DNA of 62,951 bases, filler included, from Intoshia linei (taxonomy: Eukaryota; Animalia; Orthonectida), in NCBI GenBank assembly GCA_001642005.1. It is 9 parts of 9 records of this genome, joined end to end, with 100 filler letters (N's around TTAATTAATTAA, not from the genome) between each part and the next. Parts side by side here need not be neighbours in the genome. Positions count along the whole stretch, not along the records: positions 42,666 to 45,267 come from LWCA01002271.1; positions 45,368 to 50,740 come from LWCA01001786.1; positions 50,841 to 52,262 come from LWCA01002624.1; positions 52,363 to 59,982 come from LWCA01001532.1; 5 more parts are not named here. One strand, written 5' to 3'. The position numbers and the translations under genes were made by a program. The notes under the pieces are model-generated. The model was not told the DNA's origin, did no database searches, and worked only from the letters and a program-made list of their open reading frames with translations. Below, in pieces: positions 42,666-54,874 of this stretch (positions are counted from its first letter, which is position 1; each line of letters starts with the position of its first letter).

Positions 42666-43186
42666 GGTAACGAGTGCGGAAATGTGGATCTTTGGATCAA
42701 GGTTTTGTTAAAACGTTTGGGGTCTTTAGACAGATTAAATAAGTCATTCGTGTTTTTTAAAACATGAATAACTCGGGATAACAAAATAGAGGACGCCGCT
42801 CGTAAGATGGGTGCCGATATTAGAGAGGCAATCCCGGGGCTCACTGACAAACAGGTTTGTCGAGCAAGAGGTGCTCTATCGTGTGCAACAGGTTATACCA
42901 GAGGTTGCCATGATAGCGCACATGTGGGCTACACCAGGTAGTACGACAATTTATGATAGATTGTCTACTATTTTAGGGGGTGTAGATTTACGTTTAGGGG
43001 CTTCGAGAGACATTTTGCGAACCAATAATGAAGACGTGAAGCAACGTAATTTCAGGGAGTGGGTGCCGAAAAGGCAGCTGCAATGCCATCAATGCGGGGA
43101 ATATGGACACATTGCCAGGAATTTCTCAGAGGATACGAAGCCGTGGAAGGAAAAATCAATCAATGGGCCTCGGTCAGAACGGGGGA
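42666..43186 (+). mobile_element. LTR retrotransposon gag remnant ending in a polypurine-tract-like run
   Basis: Island more GC-rich than its surroundings. Zinc knuckle CHQCGEYGHIARNF (CX2CX4HX4C with the last C lost), stops and frameshifts, followed by agaacggggga|TGTAGCG. Confidence 0.6.
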
Positions 43187-45367
43187 TGTAGCGATTACAT
43201 CACTATGGGATGACAAAGGAATTAAAGATCATTTCGAACTAATTTATATATTTGTTAAGCTTTATTAATATCTTCTTTTTAAATATTGTTTATTCTGATA
43301 ATCATCACAGAGTTATTATTATTGCAACATATAATTTAATAGTTACAGCGTCTAATTTCACCAGCGTCTATAGTTATAATGTTAGCGTCTAAATTAATAG
43401 AAGTAGAATTTAATTTATTTAAACATAACGTTATTTTTTATTTAACTAACTTTTAATTTATTGAATTAACCGTTAGTTTAACATTGCCTTAGCAAAGCTT
43501 GATTAGTCTGAGCTGGTCGTGCCCTTTTTCTTTTGACATTTTATGGGAGTTTTTGACTCTCTAGGTACAATACCCCCATCAATTCTTAATCGTATTTCTA
43601 TACCGATAGAATGTTTACACATTTAATTTGTACCCCAAAATGGACACGTACACTTCGAAAACTTCTAATTTTCACGATTTAGCGATATTTTCCAAACAGA
43701 ATATAAACATATTCTAATATTAAAAAAATTTTCAAAATTGTTTTGATATATTTTGTTTTTGAACCCATTGATACGCATCTGTCCAGTTTTTAGTATTTAA
43801 TGTCGGGTCTGTCACATACAATTTTGGATTTGGATTGGAAGAATTTCGAGAAACTGACCATGTATGTATAAAATTTACTTAAACATGTTAATACATAAAA
43901 AAACGGCTTATGAGAAATGTTGATTTGTGGTGATCGACAGAAATTTATAAATTGATTCAAACGTTTCGAATATTAAAGTTAGATGATACAATAATTATAT
44001 TACACGCATAAGCATTAAATTAGACGACCACAGTACTTATTAAATAATGTTAAATTAATTAAATTATGCGTTATAAATATTAAATTAGTCGGATCATTAA
44101 ATAGTATCCATTAATATTTACAATATTAATTTAGAGTATATAAATTAAAAACTCATGATGTAGTTTGAAATGCATTATAGAAGCAAAAACTATCTACTAA
44201 ATCTGTTTAAAATTTTATTTTTTCTGGGATTTAAGTTAGTGCAAATTTAAAATGCAAGATTCTATTGCAGATTGCTGATCCCTATTATGCAGTGTTGCCA
44301 AAATTTGTATTTTTAAAACTCTGAATCATGAATTTGTTAGATAAATTGGAATAAACAGACATAAAATTACTAACATAACATAACTAAATTACTTTATATA
44401 CAATCTAATAATTACATTTTGATTGAATGATTTTTTGTAATCTTTTAGATTCGAAAATTAAAAAAAATCAAATAACATTTGTATACATTTACAATCAATG
44501 AAAGTTTCGAAAATTATTATAAAAATTAATTAATAATGATATAAAAAGATTAGAAAACAAAATAATCAATTTATAGTTTAAAAAAAAACACGTATTTTAT
44601 AAATATTGAACGACGTATGAATACTTCGGTGGGATAAAATAATAAATTAATTAGAAGAGACGAATAGCAGACTACAAAATAAATTACAAACAGATCAATT
44701 CGAATTAAACTTCACAACTTTATTATAATTAAAACAAATATGAAATTTAATATATACATTTATTACAAAATAACAGAATTGGTTCCATTTAAAGAAGATA
44801 CTAACAGGGATCACTGGCAAACATACTTATTTGCGCATGGGAAGGTTTCTGTTTTGATCCCCATCGAGAGTAGTGTTTGCTTCAAAAAATGCTTTTATGG
44901 TAATATATAAAGTTTTTCAATCTGTCTTACCTACCTTAATTAGAATTAAAAATTTATTTACAATTTTATTTCTAAATTACGATTATTAACGTCAGACCAA
45001 ATCGTATTTATGTGTCTTGTATAACGTGTTACATATTTTACAAAATACCCTATTATTTTGTCGTTTATATATCATCGAATATTGAAGTTGTTTGTAGAAC
45101 TGATAATATTCAGAAACTTTGTTCTGTTTTACATATTGAAGACTTGTGTCACATATTAGCAATTGGATTTGAATTTACTGATGGGTACATTTATTGCATG
45201 AAATATCAAGAAACTGAGAAAGTTACTAGGAAAATGCTTAAATCCATTAAAGCCACCAAAAAAAGTANNNNNNNNNNNNNNNNNNNNNNNNNNNNNNNNN
45301 NNNNNNNNNNNTTAATTAATTAANNNNNNNNNNNNNNNNNNNNNNNNNNNNNNNNNNNNNNNNNNNN

Positions 45368-45535
45368 TTGAATATTATTGCACAGAGCATTCTCTCCATT
45401 CCGGTTTCCCAGGTATCTGTGAAACGAGCTGTGTCAGACCTAGGAATTGTTTTCAGCTCAAATAGGACGAAGCTTAATTCCAATATAATTGAAGATATGC
45501 TGTTTTTAAAAATTAATAGACGTTTCATTAAATGA
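45368..45535 (+). pseudogene. hAT transposase C-terminal dimerisation domain fragment
   Basis: LNIIAQSILSIPVSQVSVKRAVSDLGIVFSSNRTKLNSNIIEDMLFLKIN, with the catalytic ER degenerated to KR. Confidence 0.8.
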
Positions 45536-45622
45536 TTTACTACTCTACTACCGAAAATTTCTGTTTCTTATCATAGATAAGTAGTTCTGGCTTTACATTT
45601 AACATTCAATAAATTAAAATTA

Positions 45623-46726
45623 TAGTCTAAGTCCTTATTAACGGAATTGAAAATTCCGTTAATATGGAATTCTCCCCCTAGTGACACCATTGTTAACGCA
45701 ATTCAATTTTTTTAAATAAAAACCATTAAATGGTCATATTTCTTGTTATTAGTTTTTGAATAATACATGACGAAATATCATACACAAAAAATTAATAACG
45801 GGTACACATTAGTTTTTTGGGGTCCATGAAAAATTATATAAATTTTAAATTATTTACATAAATAAAATAAAGTTAAAAATGATATTTCCGCAATGATAGT
45901 AATTATTTATAATTAACGCCATCTAATTTAATATCCTAACTTATATAAAAGGCTACGCGATTTTTGTTTGTATGTGTGTGTTCCACTTTATTGAAATAAC
46001 CACCACTTTTAGAATTTTTTAAAGACCACATTTCAATTACAGTTTTTTCCGGGACGTTTAATAAGATAAATTCCAATTTTACATCTTACGGGTCAAAAAC
46101 CCCAGTCATCTCTCTTTTTGAAAATCAAACGAGTTGGAGAAATTCAAAAAATATATACGCTAATACGGATTTTAATAATAATGATAATAATAACTGAATA
46201 AAATTTTAATGAAAACAGCTCTAGAATTTAAAAAAATTTACAGGTAGTATAGTTGTATTCTGTTAACACACATAAAAATGCAAATGTTAACAAAACAAAA
46301 TTAAGATGGAATAATTCACTTTAAAGTCAAAAGTAATGTGATATGACGTTTTCACCTGAAACAAATTTGGGAACCACTCCTATATAGGATTGATAATTAT
46401 GAATAGTAAGATTTTTAAGTTAGCTTTTCAACATGATTTTATATTGTTGGTATAATAAAAATGTGCCCTCGACAGAGCTAGGTACTGTTTGTACGTAGTA
46501 CATAACAGTCAAGCTAGTCTATTAAAAATTTGATAAAAAATGTAATAAATTAATTGTAATTATTTAAAAACTTAGTTTATATTTATGAGTCATGAAAAAT
46601 AGATTCTAGAGCTTTAGAGATAACATTTTTATTAACGGAATTTTTGGTTCCTACAAATTAGTTAAGAAAAAATAAATAATTCAAAATTCTTTAAAATGGA
46701 ATTTCCGTTAATAAGGACTTATACTG
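45623..46726. mobile_element. Tc1/mariner-pogo-type MITE (TA TSD) hosting a Helitron-like insertion
   Basis: TA|tagtctaagtccttattaacggaa ... ttccgttaataaggacttatactg|TA: 24-bp TIRs with 2 mismatches. Confidence 0.8.
45934..46517 (+). mobile_element. Both-ended non-autonomous Helitron-like element (584 bp)
   Basis: A|TCCTAACTTATATAA...gtgccctcgacagagctagg...gtcaagCTAG|T. No TIR or TSD; sits between host A and T. Confidence 0.78.
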
Positions 46727-47078
46727 TAGCATGTATTTTTTCAGGCCACTTTACTTTACGAGAATTTACAACTCAAAATTTAGTCTAAAACTAAAGTATC
46801 AGTTCATAAAACAATTTAAACAAAAAATAGGCAGGTAACTACAACGATAATCTAAATTTGAAGTCCTGCAATCATATTAGCAACTGTATCCAACTAATAT
46901 TGATCAATAAACAAAATATCGAATGAAATTTTAATAGTTTCTTTATATTTTGTAACAAATTTTGCATTTTTAAAGGGTAATTTTTGAAATCTAACCACAT
47001 TGGACATATTTTATTGTTATTTTACAAAATTATACTATTTTGATGGTTTTGTTTTAAAACTTTAAAAAATTTTTTTAG

Positions 47079-47802
<724 letters not shown>

Positions 47803-48055
47803 TTGTTTTATGTTTTTTTGTTCATTAAATACTGTTTGTATGTTTTTTATTTTCAGTGACATTGTTTGCAACTTTGTCAAAGTCGGTTATTTCATGATAA
47901 AAAGTAAGACATGAATTAAATTTTTATCAATAATGGCTCCAAAAAGAAGGTTCAAATTCCTTATATAAATAAATATAAAAATATACTCCGTTTGACATCT
48001 ATAGTTATATCCAAACACTTAATAAAACTTTATTCCATATCAAACAAATATTCTG

Positions 48056-48843
48056 ATGGCACTCAGTAGCTCAAATCAAAGGTTTAGAAAAGTAGACGTA
48101 GATCAGTACAACGAAAACAACTACCTAGAAGTTGTCATAGGATCTGGAAGCTCGAGCGGACCTCAAGAATCCACTGTCCGGAATTTATTAAATAGATATC
48201 CTTTTATTCACTTTAAATTTCATTTTTTGTACATTTTATTTCACAATTTTAACATTTAACTTTATTTTTTTTAATATTCACTGGTAAAAAAGAAGACGCA
48301 CTTAATCATATTTTGGAGAATTCAATCGTGAATCCTAATCCATCCAAACAAAAGGTTTTTTGATAAGATAACCGCAATATAAAAAATTTAGGATGATATT
48401 GTAAAATTAGCCTTGAGTGTATTATCTGCCTTTAAAATGAACGATATGGTACCATATATTAATAAATTGGACGAATCTTTACGTGTGATGTTGCTGAAAT
48501 ATGTCTACCGCGCTTTCGAGTATCCACAAGATAATAGCAGCCAAACAATGCTCACCTGGCATGAAAAAGTATTACATTATAATTATAGTGTTTATTCATC
48601 AGGTTCGCCAAAATTACTAAATGATTAAACATGGAATTATTTTTTACCAGTACAATATGATTTAAAAATTCCTTTATTTTTTGAAAAATAAAAGATTATA
48701 GTATTTATCAAACTTGAGATCTCAGTGGCAATCGAGATTGACTGGCATAAATAAATTGTTCAAAATGATTACATATTTAGATTTTTGACAAAATGGGATA
48801 TGGAGGAATCGTAAAAGTATTGAATGATCGAAAACGAGTATAA
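48056..48843 (+). CDS. ARPC5: Arp2/3 complex subunit 5; exons 48056-48195, 48282-48354, 48392-48568, 48781-48843; intron 1 is AT-AC
   Basis: RFRKVDVDQYNENNY, LSVLSAFK, LLKYVYRAFEYPQDNSSQTMLTWHEK, GYGGIVKVLNDRKRV*. Exons of 140/73/177/63 nt give a 150-aa protein. Confidence 0.95.
48196..48281 (+). other. U12-type (minor spliceosome) AT-AC intron, 86 nt
   Basis: 5' site |ATATCCTTTT and 3' end ...ttttttaatattcAC|. Removal restores the ARPC5 frame (ag+t = Ser). Confidence 0.9.
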
Positions 48844-48902
48844 CTGATAATGGTAGAATTTAAATTATATTTTAATGTTACCATCAAACATATTAAACTT
48901 GT

Positions 48903-49660
48903 CTATTCCACGTTGATAGCATCTTGGCCTGGTTTCCAATTAACAGGACAAACTTCTCCATGTTTTTCAAAGTGTTTAATTGCGTTGACAATTCGTAATG
49001 TTTCATATACTGATCTTCCAATAGGCAAATCGTTGACACATGAGTGTCTTACAATTTCTTTGTCATCGATAATGAATAGACCTTTAATTAAATGTAATTT
49101 TAAATAATTCACAAAATCATTGTTTATTGTAAAAAATAAATAAAAAACACCAAAAAAATATTGAAAATACAGTAAAAAAATTATGCAAGGAATAACGGAA
49201 TTAAAATGGCCTATATTTACCTTAGAGCAATTCCTTCATCTTTCAAAAGTACACCATAAGCTTGAGATATTTTATGATTGTTATTAGATAAAATATGAAT
49301 GTTCATATTTCCCAAACCACCTTCTTTTCTGGGTTGGTTTATCCTAAATTAAGGTTGGATAATTTTAATATAACATAAAGTACTAGGTTGACTGTTATGT
49401 ACTACGTACAAACAGCACCTAGTTCTGTCGAGGGCCATTTTTATTCTACCAAAAGACTGAATTAAAGTTGAAAATCCTACTATTCACTGTTATCAATCCT
49501 TTAAAGGAGTGGTTCCCAAATTACAGACCTTCATCGTAACATTCCAGTAAATAAATTTAAATTTTAAACGAAATGTAGATTAATATTACCATGCCAAATG
49601 ACTAAAATGGCTATCTGTCGAAACTGCCACCACTTCGCAATTGTAATCTTTAAATTCTTT
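48903..49660 (-). pseudogene. PRDX: Typical 2-Cys peroxiredoxin (Prx1 subfamily), 5'-truncated; exon remnants ~49660-49590, 49343-49221, 49083-48903
   Basis: KEFKDYNCEVVAVSTDSHFSHLAW|INQPRKEGGLG...[13 protein letters not shown]|GLFIID...VNDLPIGRS...[12 protein letters not shown]. The peroxidatic-Cys region is absent and the last acceptor reads TAA instead of TAG. Confidence 0.85.
49383..49520 (-). mobile_element. Helitron-like 3' end in a peroxiredoxin intron
   Basis: ctaggttgactgttatgtactacgtacaaacagcacctagttctgtcgagggc is the reverse complement of the family 3' terminus. Confidence 0.75.
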
Positions 49661-49733
49661 TTTTGGTATAATAAAAATGTTCCCTCGGCAGAGCTACGTC
49701 CTGTTTGTATGTAGTACATAACAGTCAACCTAG
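49661..49733 (+). mobile_element. Helitron-like 3' end fused to a peroxiredoxin exon
   Basis: ttggtataataaaaatgttccctcggcagagctacgtcc...cagtcaacCTAG|T. Confidence 0.75.
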
Positions 49734-51468
49734 TAAAATATATATATATATGATATGTACAATGTGCAAATACAAATCTTAGAAAAAGAGCTCATTACAT
49801 GTTATATCAAAGACGGAATAATATTGCCTAAAATTATTAGAAAATCAATCTTAGAAATGACTAAACGATGGGTAAAATATTTAAAATTTTATTGATGACA
49901 TAAAACTTAACAAAATGGTTACTTCAATTAACTTAACGCCAATCAGTGCTAGTAAATAGCCATACTGGGAACACACTTACATTTGAATTTTTTTTACAGT
50001 TAAAAGGATTTTAATGAACGCATTCTATTCTAATAAATTTAAAAATGCATAAATGTATATCAGAGTAAATTAGGAAAAATTAAAATTTAATTAAATGGAG
50101 TTTCTCAAAATATAACGCTATAAATAATGTATATTACCGTTAAGAAGTTTCCAAAACCCATGATTAATGTTTACTTTTAGTTTGAACGTTTACCTAATTG
50201 TTTGCATAATAACATAATATTTATTCAATAATTACATTACACTACATTAAATTGTTGAGTTGTATATACATTTCTATGTATATTATTAGTGCGATTATTT
50301 TTTAACTAGGGCAAATTTTGATATGTTCATAAGCATGAAATTACAATCACAATGATAATAATAATACGTGTATTAATGGGCTAATTAAAATTTGATTAAG
50401 TTAATAGTATTAACAGTGGCGACTCTGAGGTCAAAACGTTACTCATGCTCAACACTAAACCAACATAGCTGTTTTATTACCAGCAAAATGAATCAATTTT
50501 TTAAATACGATTAAATTTTGATGTATAATCACAATTTTAATTGATTTAGAATAAAATTTATTATTATTTTATATTATCGTTTAACAGCATGAATTCACTA
50601 AAACACTAAAAGACGGAGTTAATTACATGCAATGTTTAGTATGTTCAAAAAGAATCAAATATATAAATTCTCATTCACACATGGCATCATTGAGGAACCA
50701 TTTAAAAATACATGGTGACTTGGACAATGTTTCTGTCACGNNNNNNNNNNNNNNNNNNNNNNNNNNNNNNNNNNNNNNNNNNNNTTAATTAATTAANNNN
50801 NNNNNNNNNNNNNNNNNNNNNNNNNNNNNNNNNNNNNNNNATTGATTTGGCTGGCTATAAACCAATATTCTCTCAAAGTATACCAAAAAAATATTTTAAA
50901 ATGTTTACATATCATAATGCAACTTTTCCTAAATGTAAATCAGAATAAATAAAGTATGATTAATTAAAAAAAATTAAAAAAACAATTGTTATCTTATCTA
51001 TTTCGGATACCATTTTCTTCTTGAGACTGATTTAGACGTCTCATCTTCACCTTTATGGCCTTTTGCTTCTGAATATCACTTTTCTTTTTGCCATTTTATG
51101 TTAAATTTGAAACAATTATAAGTAAAAAAATAACACGTCTATTAGATAGTATCAAAATTTAACTTTTATAAATTTATTGCTGTAGTACAATGGCGGGCAA
51201 ACTACGGCTAAATTAACAGTACTTTTGAAAAAAATTCACAGTATTTATTTTAAGTTAACCATAACAGTAATTATAATTAAATATGAATCATCACCGTAAA
51301 TAAAATAAGTTAAAATGCCAGTTAGTTTAACACTGTTTATATCAATAATTAGAATACAAACTAACGAAATGGGGAAGATAATGATGAATGAAATATCAAA
51401 ATGAAGATGACCAAGTCTCCCTATCAATTTGAAATTTCGTACATGATAAAATATAAGTTATATAATAA

Positions 51469-52262
51469 CTAGCTTGACTGTTATGTACTACGTACAACAA
51501 CACCTAGTTCTGCCGAGGGCACATTTTTATACCAAAAAAAAAATTCATGTTGAAAATCTAACTTAAAAATCCTACTATTCACTATTATCAATCCCATAAA
51601 CAAGTGGTTCCCAAACTTGTTTCAGGTGGAACCATCATATGACATTACTTAAGTGGTTCCGAAATTTGGTTAAGGTGGAACCATCATATCATATTACTTT
51701 TTACTTTAACCCTTTCACTGTCTGTGTATTCTAGAATCTAGACCATATAGATTGAGAAACACTGATCTAGACTATACACAGCAATTTCACTTCACACATC
51801 TGTGTATTCTATGATACACACTGCATAATTTTGAAAAAGTTTATTCTTTTATTTTCATACAGGTAATTTAAAAATAATACAAGTTTAAATTAAAACATAC
51901 ATTCCAGACGTGTGGTGATAGTAAGTAAAATTGCATCAGACAGTGAAAGGGTTAACCCTTAAGTGAATTATAAAAACAATTGTTATCCCATTTTTTTAAT
52001 TTATTAGACACAATATGTCTATAATGTTAAAAATAAAGTAAAAATAATCTAATCCTAAAAATTGCCATAAATAGCATAAGTTCCAGAAAAAATAAAATTA
52101 TAAAAACCTATTTTGTCATTTTCAATGTGATAAGTCATCATATATTCTGTACCAATTTAATAAATACTTAAAAAGGTTCACTATATAAACATTTCAATTG
52201 AATTTTATCATTATTGCAAAGGATTGTAATATAAAAATGATATTAACAAAGTTTTTTTAGTT
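51469..52262 (-). mobile_element. Helitron-like family 3' half, interrupted by a piggyBac MITE
   Basis: Begins ctagcttgactgttatgtactacgtac and is colinear with the reverse complement of 25590-26178. Confidence 0.72.
51710..51951. mobile_element. piggyBac-type MITE, 242 bp
   Basis: TTAA|CCCTTTCACTGTCTG ... CAGACAGTGAAAGGG|TTAA: perfect 15-bp TIRs and TTAA TSD. Confidence 0.92.
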
Positions 52263-54157
52263 NNNNNNNNNNNNNNNNNNNNNNNNNNNNNNNNNNNNNN
52301 NNNNNNTTAATTAATTAANNNNNNNNNNNNNNNNNNNNNNNNNNNNNNNNNNNNNNNNNNNNATTAATTTAATTTTTCATATTTAATTAACTTTGTTTCA
52401 ATTTGATATGTGTTTTAATTGTAGTGTTGTGTGGCCATATGGTCACACTGGGTTATATAAGTAGGGATAAATATTCCTTATTTTAAGTTTTATTCATATT
52501 AATTTATTATGTAAAGTGACCGACACCATCATGCTAATAATAATATATATTTATTCAAATTTAATAAAAATTTTTTATATTTTATTTTATTTGAATCTTT
52601 TAAATTCACGGACACTAGGCATATGGTTTTGGACTCCAACCAGGAACCACTGATCATATATGATTATGGCCCGGGCCTACAATAATGAAGGACCTACTAT
52701 ATAAATAGGTAATGTTGGAAAATTGAACCCACAGAATAATTTTGGTGGCCCTTTGAGTAAATATATAAAATATTTATTTTTCAACTTTTAAACATCGTTT
52801 TAAACATTTTCTACTACAATTGGCTATTGTAATTATTTTAAAACTTAATACGAATTTTCAAATCGCCCTGAATTTTATTTTGTTGAATATACTCGAATCG
52901 TTTCTATTTAATTAAAATTGAATGTATTATGTTTAATATTATTCAAATGTTTCCAAAGCGGGTCCGTGAAATTTTGATATAAAAAAGGATCCCACAAAAT
53001 GCAAAAGGTTACCGACCCTTAAGCGTAGAGGTTCTATTTTTTAAAAATTTTTTATAGGGCCTACAATTTTCATCTGGATCGAGCCTACTGTTGCCTCTCC
53101 ACGACCCTGAATGACATATAAAGTAACTATACAAAAATCTTGTCATTTCATATCATTTTATGAATTTTTGAATAATAATGACGTCATACAAATTTTTAGA
53201 CAAAATCATAAACAGGTGTATTGAATTGATAATTAGCGTAATAATTACATAATGATTGTCTCAATTGGGTCATCAGACCATTAGGCTCCAAATTATATTG
53301 AAAATAGATATAAAAGGTAGCAATATATTTATACATGACATTTATGGTGACAATTATATGATTATATCATATTATAAAAATCGGTTAAGTTACAGACAAC
53401 CAACTCGTCATGTCTAGGAAATTTAATGTTTAATCTTTTTGTTTTTCTTTATATTCAACGATAAATGATGCACATGCAATGTAAACAATACCTTAGTAAA
53501 ACAAAACTCAAAATAATCTCTCATAAACTTATCGATCATTCCAGAAAAAAGTCACATAGTGGACCCGTCATATCACATTACCTTTTAATTTAAAGTGAAT
53601 TATTCCACCTTAATTTTATTTTGTTAACATTTCTGTAAAAAATTTTAAAAAAAATTGGCTTAAATGCCATTTTTTAAATTTATTAGACAAAATGTGTGTA
53701 TAATTGTAAAAATAAATAAAAACAGTAAACTCCTAAAAATTGTCATATATAGCATAAATTCCATAAAAATAAAATTGTAAAGATCTATTTTGTCATTTTC
53801 AATGTGATATGTATTCAGTATCTGAATGCGGGACTCCAAAGGAAACATGAAATATAAAACGTTTATGAAAAAAATTAAAAGTTTTTTTCGTTAGATTTGA
53901 TAAAATTGAGTTTTTCAAAAAAATATTTGGAAGAAAGGGAATTTTTCCATTAAGAGTTGGTAAAATTGTATATTTTATTTTGGGTTTTGAATTAACAAGT
54001 TGTTGCTCATAAGATTTGGTAAAATCGGATTTTTCAAAAAAGAATATTGGAAAAAGTCGATGATTCCCTGAGGGTTTGAATTGGTATTCTTTATTAAATT
54101 TTATTACGGGTGGAATAAAAATGGATTTTTTAAATAATAATCTAGTGTCGTCTAGAT

Positions 54158-54310
54158 CAGTGGTTCCTAAATGGGGCTTGGCTCAACATGGGGGACTACA
54201 GAGTCTGAGGAGGGCCACAGATTTAAGAAAAATTTTAAAATTGAATTAGAATCGTTAACATTAATTTGATTTAGTATTTGATTGACAATATAATTTTTTG
54301 GGAACCACTG
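54158..54310. mobile_element. Small hAT/Buster MITE, followed by a second hAT end at 54324
   Basis: TIRs cagtggttcctaaa / tttgggaaccactg. Left flank gtctagat; gtctagac precedes the next cagggattctcaac. Confidence 0.7.
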
Positions 54311-54874
54311 GTCCAGTCTAGACCAGGGATTCTCAACGGTAGGCGAATCGCCTGGCCTTGGCGATTTTACTATTTTATATCACAAAATACATAATCTAAA
54401 AATTTTTTTTAATACAATTAAAATTTTCAGATAGATTTATTAATTAATCGATATTTAAGAGTATATAACATTTTTTATATTTTTCGTTATAAAATTATTC
54501 TAACTTATATAATATGCTACGCTATTTTTGTTGGTGTCAGTGTCGCGAACATTTTTGAGATTGAAATGGGTGTTGCCAATCAAAAATGGTTGGAAAGCAC
54601 TCATCTAAGTATTGGTAAACGAAGTAACATAAACCTTTCAAACATGTTACTATAAAAACTTTAAAAAAGTGGCCTTGTTAATTAAAAATCTATAAATAAC
54701 TCTTACAATACTAAATGAAAACAACAAAAAGACCTAATCGAACATGGAATAAAAAATGTGTTTACAAAACATTAAAAGCACTAAAACGGTTTCACCCCAT
54801 TTCCATTGATAATATCTGTATCATGAACATAATTAAAATACAATGTAATTAAAAAACTAATATTGTACATATAA

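Noticed and set aside
45012-45267. Possible DNA-transposase remnant (EVVCRTDNIQKLCSVLHI)
   Set aside because: Only a vague resemblance with no catalytic motif, and it runs into a spacer. Needs a profile search.
53880-54130. Loosely periodic ttggtaaaa...tttt units (also ~4900-5080, 18360-18650, 20500-20640) as a CRISPR-like array
   Set aside because: Degenerate internal subrepeats of transposon-derived sequence in a eukaryote, with no conserved repeat-spacer structure and no cas genes.
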